Both the position numbers and the translations under genes were made by a program. Below are positions 26,818 through 35,455 of a DNA stretch of 35,455 nucleotides, one piece after another. Positions within the stretch are counted from its first letter, which is position 1, and each line of letters opens with the position of its first letter. Under the pieces are notes generated by a model. It was not told the origin of the DNA. It saw nothing but the letters and a program-made list of their open reading frames with translations, and did no database searches. Source of the DNA: Rhodobacterales bacterium UBA7416 (GTDB lineage: Bacteria; Pseudomonadota; Alphaproteobacteria; Rhodobacterales; Rhodobacteraceae); assembly GCA_002469545.1 (NCBI GenBank), contig DKMK01000105.1, positions 1 through 35,455 of the forward strand, in the 5' to 3' direction.

Positions 26818-29606
26818 GCCATTGACGCCTCTACACCCAGTTCGATTGCGTGTTGTAATTTTTCACGAATGGCTTGTTGTTTGCTTTCGGATCTAATTTT
26901 TAAGCCAACCATGTCTTTGACATAAAACACATCAACGGCTTGTGCGCCATATGTTGCAATGACGGCGCTGGAGATTTGGATGTTGGCATTCGCCAATGTA
27001 CGGGTCAAATCGAACAGCAAGCTGTGGCGATCACGCGTATCGACTTCGATTATCGTATAAAAATCGGAACCTTCGTTATCGAATGTGATTTGTGTGGGAA
27101 CTTTGAAATTGCGTTCGCGCTTTTTCAATTTATTGCGCCCCTTCAAAACGTCACGCGCGATCACATCGCCCGCCATCGTTCGATCAACCATCTTTTTCAA
27201 TCGATCCAAACGACTGCCATCAAAGGGGAAGCCGTCGTCGTCCTGTATCCAAAATACCTTGGTTACGTATCCATCCGAAGACGTGTAACTGCGTGCATCA
27301 ACAACATTGGCGTTCACCATGGCCAAGGCACCCGATATGCGTGAAAAAATGCCTGGATGATCATGCATCACGAACTGAACACGCGTCGCATCGCGATCCT
27401 TGTCTACTTCAAAATGGGTCGCCATCGGTTGTGTTGCTACGTCCTTAAGCAGTTGTGCGAAAATCAATTGGGTCTCGCTGTCTAGGCCTTGCCAATAAGG
27501 CGGGTAATGACGGTCCAACTCTGTTTGTATATCAACGGGGTCCCAATCAGATAGCTGTTCGGCCAACGTGGCCTTGGCGACTTTAGCAGGATTGTTTTTA
27601 CCATGAGTGTCGATGCCGTCTTGGATCAATGCCCGTGTATGATGATATAGATCACGCAACAATTGCGCTTTCCAATTATTCAATGCACCCGGCGCAACAC
27701 CACGAATATCACAAACAGTAAGGACGGCCAGCAGGTTCAACCGCGTTGTCGTTTTGACGATTGCCGCAAAGTTACTGACGGTTTTTGGATCTGATAGGTC
27801 TCGTTTTTGGGCGAAATCTGACATGACCAAATGGTTTTCAACCAACCAGACAACAGTTTCTGTCTCTGATTCTGACAAACCCAATTCTGGCGCGATTTGT
27901 GCGGCCAGCCGCCCGCCCGCAATTGAATGATCTTCAGGCAGGCCTTTGCCAATGTCATGCAGTAACAAGGCGATGTACAAAACGCGGCGATCAACGCCGT
28001 TTTTTAAGATTCCAGACGACATAGGTAATTCTTCAAGCAAGCTGCCTTGTTCGATCCGTGCCAGTGTCGAAATACACTGGATCGTGTGCTCATCCACAGT
28101 GTAGCTGTGGTAAAAATTGAATTGCATCATGGCGATAATACGTTCGAATTCAGGAATGATCGCGCCCAAAACACCAAGTTCGTTCATACGACGTAATGCA
28201 CGTTCTGGATTGCCGTAATCCAACATCAACGACATGAAAATGCGTTGTGTTTCTGGTGATTGACGGACTTCGTCGGTGATTAAATCCAAGTTCGCAGTGA
28301 CAACGCGCATCGCATCTTGGTGAATTAAGTAACCGGTTTTTAAACCCTCTTCAAAAAGACGTAAAATGTTAATTGGATCGTCCAGAAAGCTGTCTGGATC
28401 GCGCAAATCTATCCGCCCCAAGTCTAAATGGAATAATTCACTCAAGGCCTCTTCTGTATTGCCACGGCGCCAAACCATATTGCGTAATCGATCACCCAAT
28501 GACATTGACGCTTTTACATGTTGTGCTTCCAGTGCCGTTAAGAACACGCGCGTCAATTCACCTGCATGGGTTGCATGGGTGAAATAGTCTTGCATGAACC
28601 GCTCCACTCCGCGCATGCCTTTGCCACCTTGGTATCCCATCCGCTTGGCCACATCGACCTGATGATCAAAAGTTAACTGTTCGGTTGCGCGCCCCGCGTT
28701 TAGGTGCAGATGACATCGAACTGCCCACAGAAAATCATGCGCCGCCACGAAGTTATCGTATTCTTGTTGGGTAAAATAACCCCGTTCAATCATTTGATCA
28801 TGGGTTTGTGCGTGGGCAATATATTTGGTGATCCAAAACAAAGATTGCAAATCACGCAACCCGCCTTTGCCCTCTTTTACGTTGGGTTCCACCATGTAAC
28901 GTTGGCCGCCTTGGCGTTCATGTCGCGCAGCGCGTTCTTCTAGCTTCTCTTCGACATATTCGGTGGCGGTGGATTGAAACAGGTCGCGCCATAACCGTTT
29001 ATTTAAATTGTCGTACAGGCCTTGGTCACCACATAAATGGCGACATTCCATGAGGGCCGTTTTAATCGTTTGATCTGTTTTTCCCAACTGTATGCACTCG
29101 ACAGCGCTTCGCGTGGAATGTCCAACCTTTAGGCGCATATCCCACAGAGTATACAACATGCTTTCGATTATATTTTCGACCCGTGGCGTCATTTTTGACA
29201 ACGTCAAAAACAAAAGATCAATATCTGAAAAGGGTGCCATTTCGCGTCGGCCGTAACCACCAACGGCAACAACAGCCATGCGGTCTGTGCGTGGGCTGCC
29301 TTCCAAAGGATGCAAAATGGTATCTACAAAATTAAACGCATAAGTGATCAACTGATCCTTAAGATAAGAATAGGAAGCAATCGCACGTGGCGATTGAAAC
29401 GGATCAGCACCTAATGCGGTTTCAATGGCGCCACGTCCTTGTTGGTTTTGTTCACTCATGATTTTGGCAAACGCTTGGCGCAGTGTGTCTGTACCTTCGG
29501 TCTGGATCGCATTTTGCACTGCAGTGTCCAATTTTTCCTTATCAAAAAGCAAATCGGGCGCGCATATTAGCGCACCCGTTTCAGACAAACCATCAGTTGA
29601 AGTCAT
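26814..29606 (-). CDS. glnD: [Protein-PII] uridylyltransferase GlnD
   Basis: GGYGRREMAPFSDIDL, EPNVKEGKGGLRD, HSYTVDEH, LLHDIGKG and two ACT domains. ATG 29606 preferred because it avoids overlap with the upstream gene. Confidence 0.97.
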   Translation of the reverse strand: MTSTDGLSETGALICAPDLLFDKEKLDTAVQNAIQTEGTDTLRQAFAKIMSEQNQQGRGAIETALGADPFQSPRAIASYSYLKDQLITYAFNFVDTILHPLEGSPRTDRMAVVAVGGYGRREMAPFSDIDLLFLTLSKMTPRVENIIESMLYTLWDMRLKVGHSTRSAVECIQLGKTDQTIKTALMECRHLCGDQGLYDNLNKRLWRDLFQSTATEYVEEKLEERAARHERQGGQRYMVEPNVKEGKGGLRDLQSLFWITKYIAHAQTHDQMIERGYFTQQEYDNFVAAHDFLWAVRCHLHLNAGRATEQLTFDHQVDVAKRMGYQGGKGMRGVERFMQDYFTHATHAGELTRVFLTALEAQHVKASMSLGDRLRNMVWRRGNTEEALSELFHLDLGRIDLRDPDSFLDDPINILRLFEEGLKTGYLIHQDAMRVVTANLDLITDEVRQSPETQRIFMSLMLDYGNPERALRRMNELGVLGAIIPEFERIIAMMQFNFYHSYTVDEHTIQCISTLARIEQGSLLEELPMSSGILKNGVDRRVLYIALLLHDIGKGLPEDHSIAGGRLAAQIAPELGLSESETETVVWLVENHLVMSDFAQKRDLSDPKTVSNFAAIVKTTTRLNLLAVLTVCDIRGVAPGALNNWKAQLLRDLYHHTRALIQDGIDTHGKNNPAKVAKATLAEQLSDWDPVDIQTELDRHYPPYWQGLDSETQLIFAQLLKDVATQPMATHFEVDKDRDATRVQFVMHDHPGIFSRISGALAMVNANVVDARSYTSSDGYVTKVFWIQDDDGFPFDGSRLDRLKKMVDRTMAGDVIARDVLKGRNKLKKRERNFKVPTQITFDNEGSDFYTIIEVDTRDRHSLLFDLTRTLANANIQISSAVIATYGAQAVDVFYVKDMVGLKIRSESKQQAIREKLQHAIELGVEASMA

Positions 29607-29610
29607 GTGT

Positions 29611-30798
29611 TTATGATCCCGAGCCACCAAATTTAGTAGGAGCCGATGAAATAACGCGTAGGCCCCCTGCGGATGCTTCTGCCACAGAAAGGGCGCGTTG
29701 TGTAGAACCATTATTCAACAAGCGAAATGCGCCACTGGCACCGCGGAACCCTTGGCTACGTGTTAATTGTGAGCGTTGAGCGGCTCCTGCATTTTTGCTA
29801 TTCAGCAATTCCGCGAACGCTTTCATCCCGTCATACGCAATGCCAGCCAACGGATGTGGCGCTGTTCCATATGTGTTATTAAAACGGCCATTAAACGCGC
29901 TGATTGCAGCCCCATCTGGAATTGCGAACCAGCCACCACGAAGTCCCGCTGCTCCTAATGTTGATTGTGGAATATCCCAACGTGCTAAACCCAGCACTTT
30001 GATGTTTTCGATATCCAATCCACCAGCAGGCAATCGTTGTGCCAACAATGGTAATCCAGATGCGCTGTCAGCGGTTAAAACCACAGCCGTAGAACCAGAT
30101 TCGCCCAGTTTTGCGGCAATTGCAGGTGCCGAACCGGAAATCCCTTCTGGTGAAAACGGATATGAATATGTTCCTACGAAACGTGCGCCTGTGCGCGATG
30201 CCGCAGATTTAACGGCATTTGCCGCCGCAGTACCCGCCGCGTTTTGGGGTGCCACAACAGCCACAGATTTATACCCTTTGGCGGATGCATATCCCACAAT
30301 TCGGTTCGCTGTGTTTTGGGGTGAATTCCCCAAAACGAAAACATTTCCACCTGCGACACTGATATTGTTTGAAAAGCTAAGAACATTGATGTTCTTGGCT
30401 GCCGCAACTTTCCCAACTGCATTGGCAGATTCTGCGAACAGCGGGCCAATAATGATTTTTGCGCCATTAGAAATTGCCGTTTGGGCAGCGGTGGCTGCCT
30501 GTGCTGGGTTGCCAGCAGTTGCGTAAACACGCATATTTATTTTCGCATTTGGATGATCGGCAATTGCCATTTCCGCGGCGCGGATCAAATTGTTTGCCAA
30601 ATTCTCTTGGTTGGCGTCACCAGATCCAGATGGCACCAACAGTGCAACTTTTACAGTGGCATTTGGATTGATCCGTGGTCCGTCAGCCGCATCGCCAGAC
30701 TGTGTGTTTGTTACGGGTTCGCATGCCGCCAACGACAGCGCCAAAATCCCGCCCAGCATCGCGCGACGCCCACTTGAAATCGAAGTCCTATAATTCAT
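29611..30798 (-). CDS. Penicillin-binding protein activator (LpoA/YraM-like) lipoprotein
   Basis: Lipobox LAAC, VALLVP.SG, IIIGPLFA periplasmic-binding-protein fold; divergent from rsmI. Confidence 0.82.
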   Translation of the reverse strand: MNYRTSISSGRRAMLGGILALSLAACEPVTNTQSGDAADGPRINPNATVKVALLVPSGSGDANQENLANNLIRAAEMAIADHPNAKINMRVYATAGNPAQAATAAQTAISNGAKIIIGPLFAESANAVGKVAAAKNINVLSFSNNISVAGGNVFVLGNSPQNTANRIVGYASAKGYKSVAVVAPQNAAGTAAANAVKSAASRTGARFVGTYSYPFSPEGISGSAPAIAAKLGESGSTAVVLTADSASGLPLLAQRLPAGGLDIENIKVLGLARWDIPQSTLGAAGLRGGWFAIPDGAAISAFNGRFNNTYGTAPHPLAGIAYDGMKAFAELLNSKNAGAAQRSQLTRSQGFRGASGAFRLLNNGSTQRALSVAEASAGGLRVISSAPTKFGGSGS

Positions 30799-30911
30799 TT
30801 GCTCTTCCCCACCCAAAAATACTGGTAACTGCACTAACGCTTGTGTCAAAAGGTAGGGGATAGGTCGCCAAATTACAACGGTCGGCCCAAGACATGGGCG
30901 GAAAAATTCGC

Positions 30912-31769
30912 ATGATTACGAAAAAACTGGACGCAGGATTGCATATTTTGGCAACACCGATTGGTACTGCCAATGACATTACGTTACGTGCGTTACAGAT
31001 TTTGCGCGACGCAGACGCATTGGCCGCAGAAGACACGCGCGTGCTGCGTAAATTGATGGATATCCACGGAATTGATTTGGACGGTCGGCGCATTATGCCA
31101 TATCACGATCACAACGGTGATGCGCAGCGGCCCAGAATTATGGAGCTTTTGGCGGCGGGAAAAACAGTTGCCTATGCGTCTGATGCGGGAACACCATTAA
31201 TCGCCGATCCTGGGTTTTCATTGACCAAAGAAGCAATCGCACAAGGTTATCGCATTCACGCAGCGCCTGGTGCCAGTGCGGTACTGACCGCGCTTTGCTT
31301 GGCAGGACAACCAACGGATAATTTCTTTTTTGGCGGTTTTTTGGGATCAAAGTCATCACAACGTGTGAAAAACTTGGAAAAAGTGGCTGCGCTTGGTGCG
31401 ACGCTTGTTTACTATGAATCTCCTAAGCGCACGATCGCGGCCCTGACCGATATGGCTATGGTGCTTGGATCTGATCGCAAAGTTTCAGTCTGTCGCGAAT
31501 TGACCAAAAGATTCGAAGAAGTCATTCGAGGAACAATTACTGAGGCCATTGGCGAAATTGAAACTCGAAACAGTTTCAAAGGCGAAGTCGTCATCGTTTT
31601 GGGTCCACCCATTAAAAAAGAGATAAGCGATGACGATATTCACAATGCCTTAAGCATTGCACTGCAAGAATACAGGATCAAAGATGCCGCGACGCAAATA
31701 GCAGAACAATTCGGTATCCCACGCAAACGTGCCTATGAAATGGCGCTTAAAATCAAGAATGGTGATTAA
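30912..31769 (+). CDS. rsmI: 16S rRNA C1402 2'-O-methyltransferase RsmI
   Basis: ATPIG...DITLRA, AEDTR, SDAGTPLIADPG, YESPKR, RELTKRFEE. Confidence 0.96.
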   Translation: MITKKLDAGLHILATPIGTANDITLRALQILRDADALAAEDTRVLRKLMDIHGIDLDGRRIMPYHDHNGDAQRPRIMELLAAGKTVAYASDAGTPLIADPGFSLTKEAIAQGYRIHAAPGASAVLTALCLAGQPTDNFFFGGFLGSKSSQRVKNLEKVAALGATLVYYESPKRTIAALTDMAMVLGSDRKVSVCRELTKRFEEVIRGTITEAIGEIETRNSFKGEVVIVLGPPIKKEISDDDIHNALSIALQEYRIKDAATQIAEQFGIPRKRAYEMALKIKNGD

Positions 31770-32116
31770 TGTCTTTAACAGCATATCATGCAGGGCTTGC
31801 GGCAGAACATTGTGTTGCTGATAAATATACGCGATGTGGTTTAGATATTGTCGCGGAACGGTTTAAATCATCCATGGGCGAAATTGATTTAATCGCGCGC
31901 CATAATGACAAATTATATTTCATCGAAGTCAAAAAAAGCAAAACGTTTGATCGTGCGGCTAATGCGCTGGGTGCGCGCCAAATGAAGCGTATTCAAAATG
32001 CATCGCTGTGTTACCTGCAAAAAATGGGCCTGCCTTTGGAAACAAAGATGCGTTTCGATGTGGCTTTGGTTGACGCCCAAGGTTTCATAAAAGTGATCCC
32101 AAACGCCATTCATTGA
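31769..32116 (+). CDS. yraN: YraN family protein
   Basis: G..AE, GEIDLIA, FIEVK, RFDV; TAATG overlap. Confidence 0.92.
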   Translation: MSLTAYHAGLAAEHCVADKYTRCGLDIVAERFKSSMGEIDLIARHNDKLYFIEVKKSKTFDRAANALGARQMKRIQNASLCYLQKMGLPLETKMRFDVALVDAQGFIKVIPNAIH

Positions 32117-32186
32117 GCTAAGCATCCCTTGCATCAATGCTGGCCATGGGTCATGTATCTAAAACACTTATGTTTTGGAGAAACCG

Positions 32187-33125
32187 ATGCCCCTTAAAAT
32201 CGCCATACAAATGGACCCGATTGAACCAATTGATATCAACGCAGACAGCACGTTTCGTATCATGGAAGAAGCGCAAGCGCGTGGGCATGAGCTTTTCTAT
32301 TATACACCAGATCAGCTGGCCTACGAAGACGGCCAAATAATTGCAATTGGTTGGCCTGTTACTGTTCGCCGCGAAGTTGGTAATCACTTCACCAAAGGCG
32401 AAAAGATCAAAATAGCGCTGGCTGACTGGGATGTTGTCTGGCTTCGCCAAGATCCACCATTTGACATGGGATATATCACCACAACGCATTTGCTGGATAT
32501 GGTTCATCCCGACACATTGGTGGTTAACGATCCACAATGGGTGCGTAACTATCCAGAAAAACTGTTGGTTTTAAATTTCCCTGATTTGACACCGCCAACA
32601 ACCATCGCGCGCGATATCGACATCCTCAAAGCATTCAAAGAAAAGCACAAAGACATCATTCTAAAGCCATTGTACGGCAATGGCGGAGCAGGTGTTTTCC
32701 GTCTTGGTCCAGATGATAAAAACCTAAGTTCTCTGCACGAATTATTTTGTGGCATTAACAACGAACCACTGATTGCCCAAAAATTTCTGCCCGATGTATC
32801 CAAGGGCGACAAGCGTGTTATTTTGATCGACGGCGAACCAGTTGGTGCAATCAACCGCGTTCCAGCCAAGGGCGAAACACGTTCTAACATGCACGTTGGT
32901 GGCCGACCCGAAAAGGTGGCCTTGGATGAACGTGATTTGGAAATTTGCGCCGCAATTGGCCCCTTGTTGAAAGAAAAGGGTCAGGTGTTTGTTGGTATCG
33001 ACGTGATTGGCGGCAACTTGACGGAAATCAACGTCACATCCCCAACAGGCATTCAAGAATTAGAACGCTTTGACAACATTAACGTAGCTGAAAAAATCTG
33101 GATTGCGATCGAAAGCAAATTCTAA
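32187..33125 (+). CDS. gshB: Glutathione synthetase
   Basis: QMDP, LRQDPPFD, KPLYGNGG, GDKR, EINVTSPTG; ATG 32187 after GGAG. Confidence 0.97.
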   Translation: MPLKIAIQMDPIEPIDINADSTFRIMEEAQARGHELFYYTPDQLAYEDGQIIAIGWPVTVRREVGNHFTKGEKIKIALADWDVVWLRQDPPFDMGYITTTHLLDMVHPDTLVVNDPQWVRNYPEKLLVLNFPDLTPPTTIARDIDILKAFKEKHKDIILKPLYGNGGAGVFRLGPDDKNLSSLHELFCGINNEPLIAQKFLPDVSKGDKRVILIDGEPVGAINRVPAKGETRSNMHVGGRPEKVALDERDLEICAAIGPLLKEKGQVFVGIDVIGGNLTEINVTSPTGIQELERFDNINVAEKIWIAIESKF

Positions 33126-33838
33126 TGTCGCTGCGCTTTGGGTTTTACAGTCTGGGATCACGCATATTTATGAAATTCCCGATGCGCGTGGTCAAGAATG
33201 TGCCATGGTTGCGCAGGTATCTGGATGTAGTTGCAAAATATAGCAACCATTCCCGCCACGGTGTAAAAACTGAAACTATGAAACTCGGGTTTGGTAAAAA
33301 TGTTGTGTCTGCATTGGCGGTGAACGACGCAACACCGCAGGTGGTTTTATATGTCCACGGGGGTGGGTTCGTTTTTGGCAGCGCAGACGTGTATAAAGGG
33401 TTTGTTGTCAAAATATCGACACGTCTGGGTTTGCAAGTGATTATCCCAGATTATGCCTTGGCCCCTGAACAGCCATTCCCAGCTGGATTTAATGACGTGA
33501 TGAACTGCTATACTGCTTTGCTAGACCAAGGGTACGAAGGCAAGGATATTGCATTGATGGGCGACAGTGCGGGGGGGAATCTGATCTTGGCCGCTTTGGC
33601 AGAAATACTTAAGCGCGATTTGCCAAAACCTGCCTGTATTGTGGCTTTGGCAGCGCAGACTGATTTCACCTTCCAAGGGGCTAGTTTGACAGAAAATCGC
33701 AAATCAGATTGTGTTCTGGTCAGCGAGCGATACGGTGAATTACGTGAGAAATACCTAAATACTCAAGATCCACGAGATCCACGTGCCTCTCCTCTGTTTG
33801 CCACGTTTACCGATGCACCCCCTGTACGATTTATTTGA
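33125..33838 (+). pseudogene. HSL-family alpha/beta hydrolase, C-terminally truncated
   Basis: HGGG and GDSAG present, but the ORF stops three codons after ASPLFATFTDAPPV, before the segments carrying the catalytic acid and His. Confidence 0.75.
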
Positions 33839-34030
33839 AAAACATTGCCACACCCTTTTAGCATCTGTATCTTCGATGACAAAGCAATAACCTTCCGGTT
33901 TTGGGTTGAAACGGCAGTTGGGATGCAATGCGTGGATATGCCATGGGGCATTCCGCCTTGCCAGATTTTGGCACAACGGTGCAATCTCGTTGCGGTCGAT
34001 TTCCGTGAAATCCGGGGCTGAATGTTTCAT
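33755..34030 (-). pseudogene. Hypothetical gene of the right-end operon, truncated near 33825
   Basis: ATG 15 nt after the Rid stop with a GAGG SD. MKHS...WHIHALHPNCRFNP...CFSNKSY then reads into esterase antisense sequence. Confidence 0.55.
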
Positions 34031-34045
34031 CTCATTGCCTCTGAC

Positions 34046-34438
34046 CTAGCCACCACAGCCAACCACTGCGGTTGCGGATATCTCGACCTTTACATTTGGT
34101 ACCGGGAACTGCACCACGATGGCCGCGTTGGCCGGTAGGATGTCGCCGAAGATTTCGCCCAAAACCGGGCCGATTGTGGTAAAGACTTCGGCCGAAGTGA
34201 CGTAGGTTGTGATTTGCACCACGTCTTGCAAGGTTGCTCCGGCCTCTTTTAAGGCGGGCTCGATGTTACGTATAATCTGGTGCAGTTGAGCGACCGGATC
34301 ATCATCGCACGAACCGGTCTCATAGTTAAAGCCAACTGTGCCCGAAATGTAGACGGTTTCGCCAACTTTAACGGCACGGCTGTAGCCAAAGTCTTTTTCA
34401 AAGCTTGACCCAGAGGAAATGTTAATGCGTTTTGTCAT
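34046..34438 (-). CDS. Rid (YjgF/YER057c/UK114) family protein, Arg-less type
   Basis: ISSGSSFE...GYSRAV, ISGT.G, VEI; LPANA where RidA has PAR; AAGGA SD. Confidence 0.9.
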   Translation of the reverse strand: MTKRINISSGSSFEKDFGYSRAVKVGETVYISGTVGFNYETGSCDDDPVAQLHQIIRNIEPALKEAGATLQDVVQITTYVTSAEVFTTIGPVLGEIFGDILPANAAIVVQFPVPNVKVEISATAVVGCGG

Positions 34439-34455
34439 TGTATCGTTGTCCTTTT

Positions 34456-35340
34456 TCAGTTCTCTTTGTTAAGTGTTTTCTTGGTCAACTCATTTGCTGG
34501 AAACCAAGGGATGTGTGTATCGATCCAGTTCGACATCCGGCTGCAATATAGGATCACTTCGGCGAATAAATCCTGCAGCGGAACCTCGCCCGCTTCAACA
34601 CAGGCGATGGCATCGTGCAGAAAGATTTCACTATCATTTAGGTGGCAGTAATGACCGATCCGGGAGATCCCCAGTTCCAGTGCATTTATCGCAGCAGCTC
34701 GGCGGGCTTGGTCGCTGAAACGGTCGGGCTTTATCCAGAGCTGCCATAGACTTTCCTGAACGCAGCGGTAATAACCGTCCGCCGTGGCCATCGGGCCAAA
34801 GGGAATGTTGTGGCCCTTGTTGGCAAGTAGCCGGGCAATTTCATCCGGTTCTGCCTGCCACACCGCGCGCCGCGTGTACTGAATCCGGGCCCAAGCGTTA
34901 TCTCCTTTTGGCAGCGGTGCTGGAATTGCCGGTGTCGTATTTTTCAGGCGCAGGTTGGCGGTGAATACTTTCGATCCCGCCTCTTTTCGCTGGCGCCTGG
35001 CGTATTTTTTAAGCCAATTAATTGGGCCCTGAAGTTGGCCCAGATAGGTTACCGCTGCGGTTTCAGCCTGCAGGGAATCATAGACGATTTCAAGGTACTG
35101 CCGGTCAGGATAGTATAGGAATGAACCCGGCGGTAATTTGTGAATATCCGTTGCACTCTCCAATGCAGCGAGGATCGGGCTTGGCCAATAGATGTGGCAA
35201 CCTGCTATTTTGGCACAGTGAATTGTAATCTCAGCAGGCAACCATGCTTTCAACTGACGCAGAGTTTCAGAGCCCGGCGCATCTATCAGGGCGATTTCGT
35301 GGTCCCGCCCCTCGCAGGAAAAGATCAATGTTCCGCTCAT
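34456..35340 (-). CDS. McbB/cucumopine synthase-like protein (cyclophilin-like N domain plus helical C domain)
   Basis: 294 aa from ATG 35340 (GAGG SD). Motifs LP...AKIAGCHIY, LEIVYDSLQAE, VWQAEPDEI and LYCSRMSNWIDTHIPW resemble McbB as recalled. Confidence 0.6.
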   Translation of the reverse strand: MSGTLIFSCEGRDHEIALIDAPGSETLRQLKAWLPAEITIHCAKIAGCHIYWPSPILAALESATDIHKLPPGSFLYYPDRQYLEIVYDSLQAETAAVTYLGQLQGPINWLKKYARRQRKEAGSKVFTANLRLKNTTPAIPAPLPKGDNAWARIQYTRRAVWQAEPDEIARLLANKGHNIPFGPMATADGYYRCVQESLWQLWIKPDRFSDQARRAAAINALELGISRIGHYCHLNDSEIFLHDAIACVEAGEVPLQDLFAEVILYCSRMSNWIDTHIPWFPANELTKKTLNKEN

Positions 35341-35455
35341 TTCGACCTCTTCAGTACAAAGCCATTCGCGGTCCAACCACCGTCGACCGGCAGGATCACA
35401 CCGTGAATCATACTTGCGTTGGTGGAACTCAGGTGTCTAACGTCAGCACCTTTGG
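35337..35455 (-). CDS. C-terminal fragment of an SDR oxidoreductase (5' part outside the window or disrupted)
   Basis: Hand translation ...LSSTNASMIHGVILPVDGGWTANGFVLKRSK*; ATGA overlap with the next gene. Confidence 0.8.
   Translation of the reverse strand, partial: KGADVRHLSSTNASMIHGVILPVDGGWTANGFVLKRSK

Noticed and set aside
29795-30526. 243-aa plus-strand ORF
   Set aside because: Antisense shadow of the Ala-rich LpoA-like gene.
1-35455. CRISPR array, tRNA/rRNA, transposase or integrase, defence system
   Set aside because: No repeat-spacer pattern, RNA gene signature or such protein motifs were recognised by eye; intergenic spaces are short.

Overview
Bacterial chromosomal segment, most likely a marine Rhodobacterales (Roseobacter/Amylibacter-like) alphaproteobacterium, judged from gene order and protein sequences. 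The backbone is housekeeping: etfA/etfB, PduO-type cobalamin adenosyltransferase, yidC-MOSC-yihA-argB-desaturase-ferredoxin-sixA, ttcA, rpmH-rnpA-yidD, DedA plus a flavoprotein disulfide reductase, a histidine kinase, trpS, murJ, glnD, an LpoA-like lipoprotein and rsmI-yraN-gshB. Four accessory patches stand out. (1) A solitary 472-aa secreted monoheme protein with cytochrome P460-like motifs (3494-4912). (2) A block between ttcA and yidD with a DMT transporter, a membrane LRR protein, creatinase behind a three-hairpin leader with a competing anti-SD stem, and an apparently truncated hypothetical gene. (3) Two tandem paralogous ~68-aa signal-peptide plus C-terminal-helix microproteins between a catalytically dead rhomboid and a sugar transferase/galE pair. 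(4) At the right end, an operon SDR - McbB/cucumopine-synthase-like (Pictet-Spenglerase fold) protein - Arg-less Rid protein - hypothetical, joined tail-to-tail to a truncated esterase near 33825. No rRNA, tRNA, CRISPR array or transposase was recognised. Family assignments come from motifs read by eye and from recalled family sequences; no database search was run.
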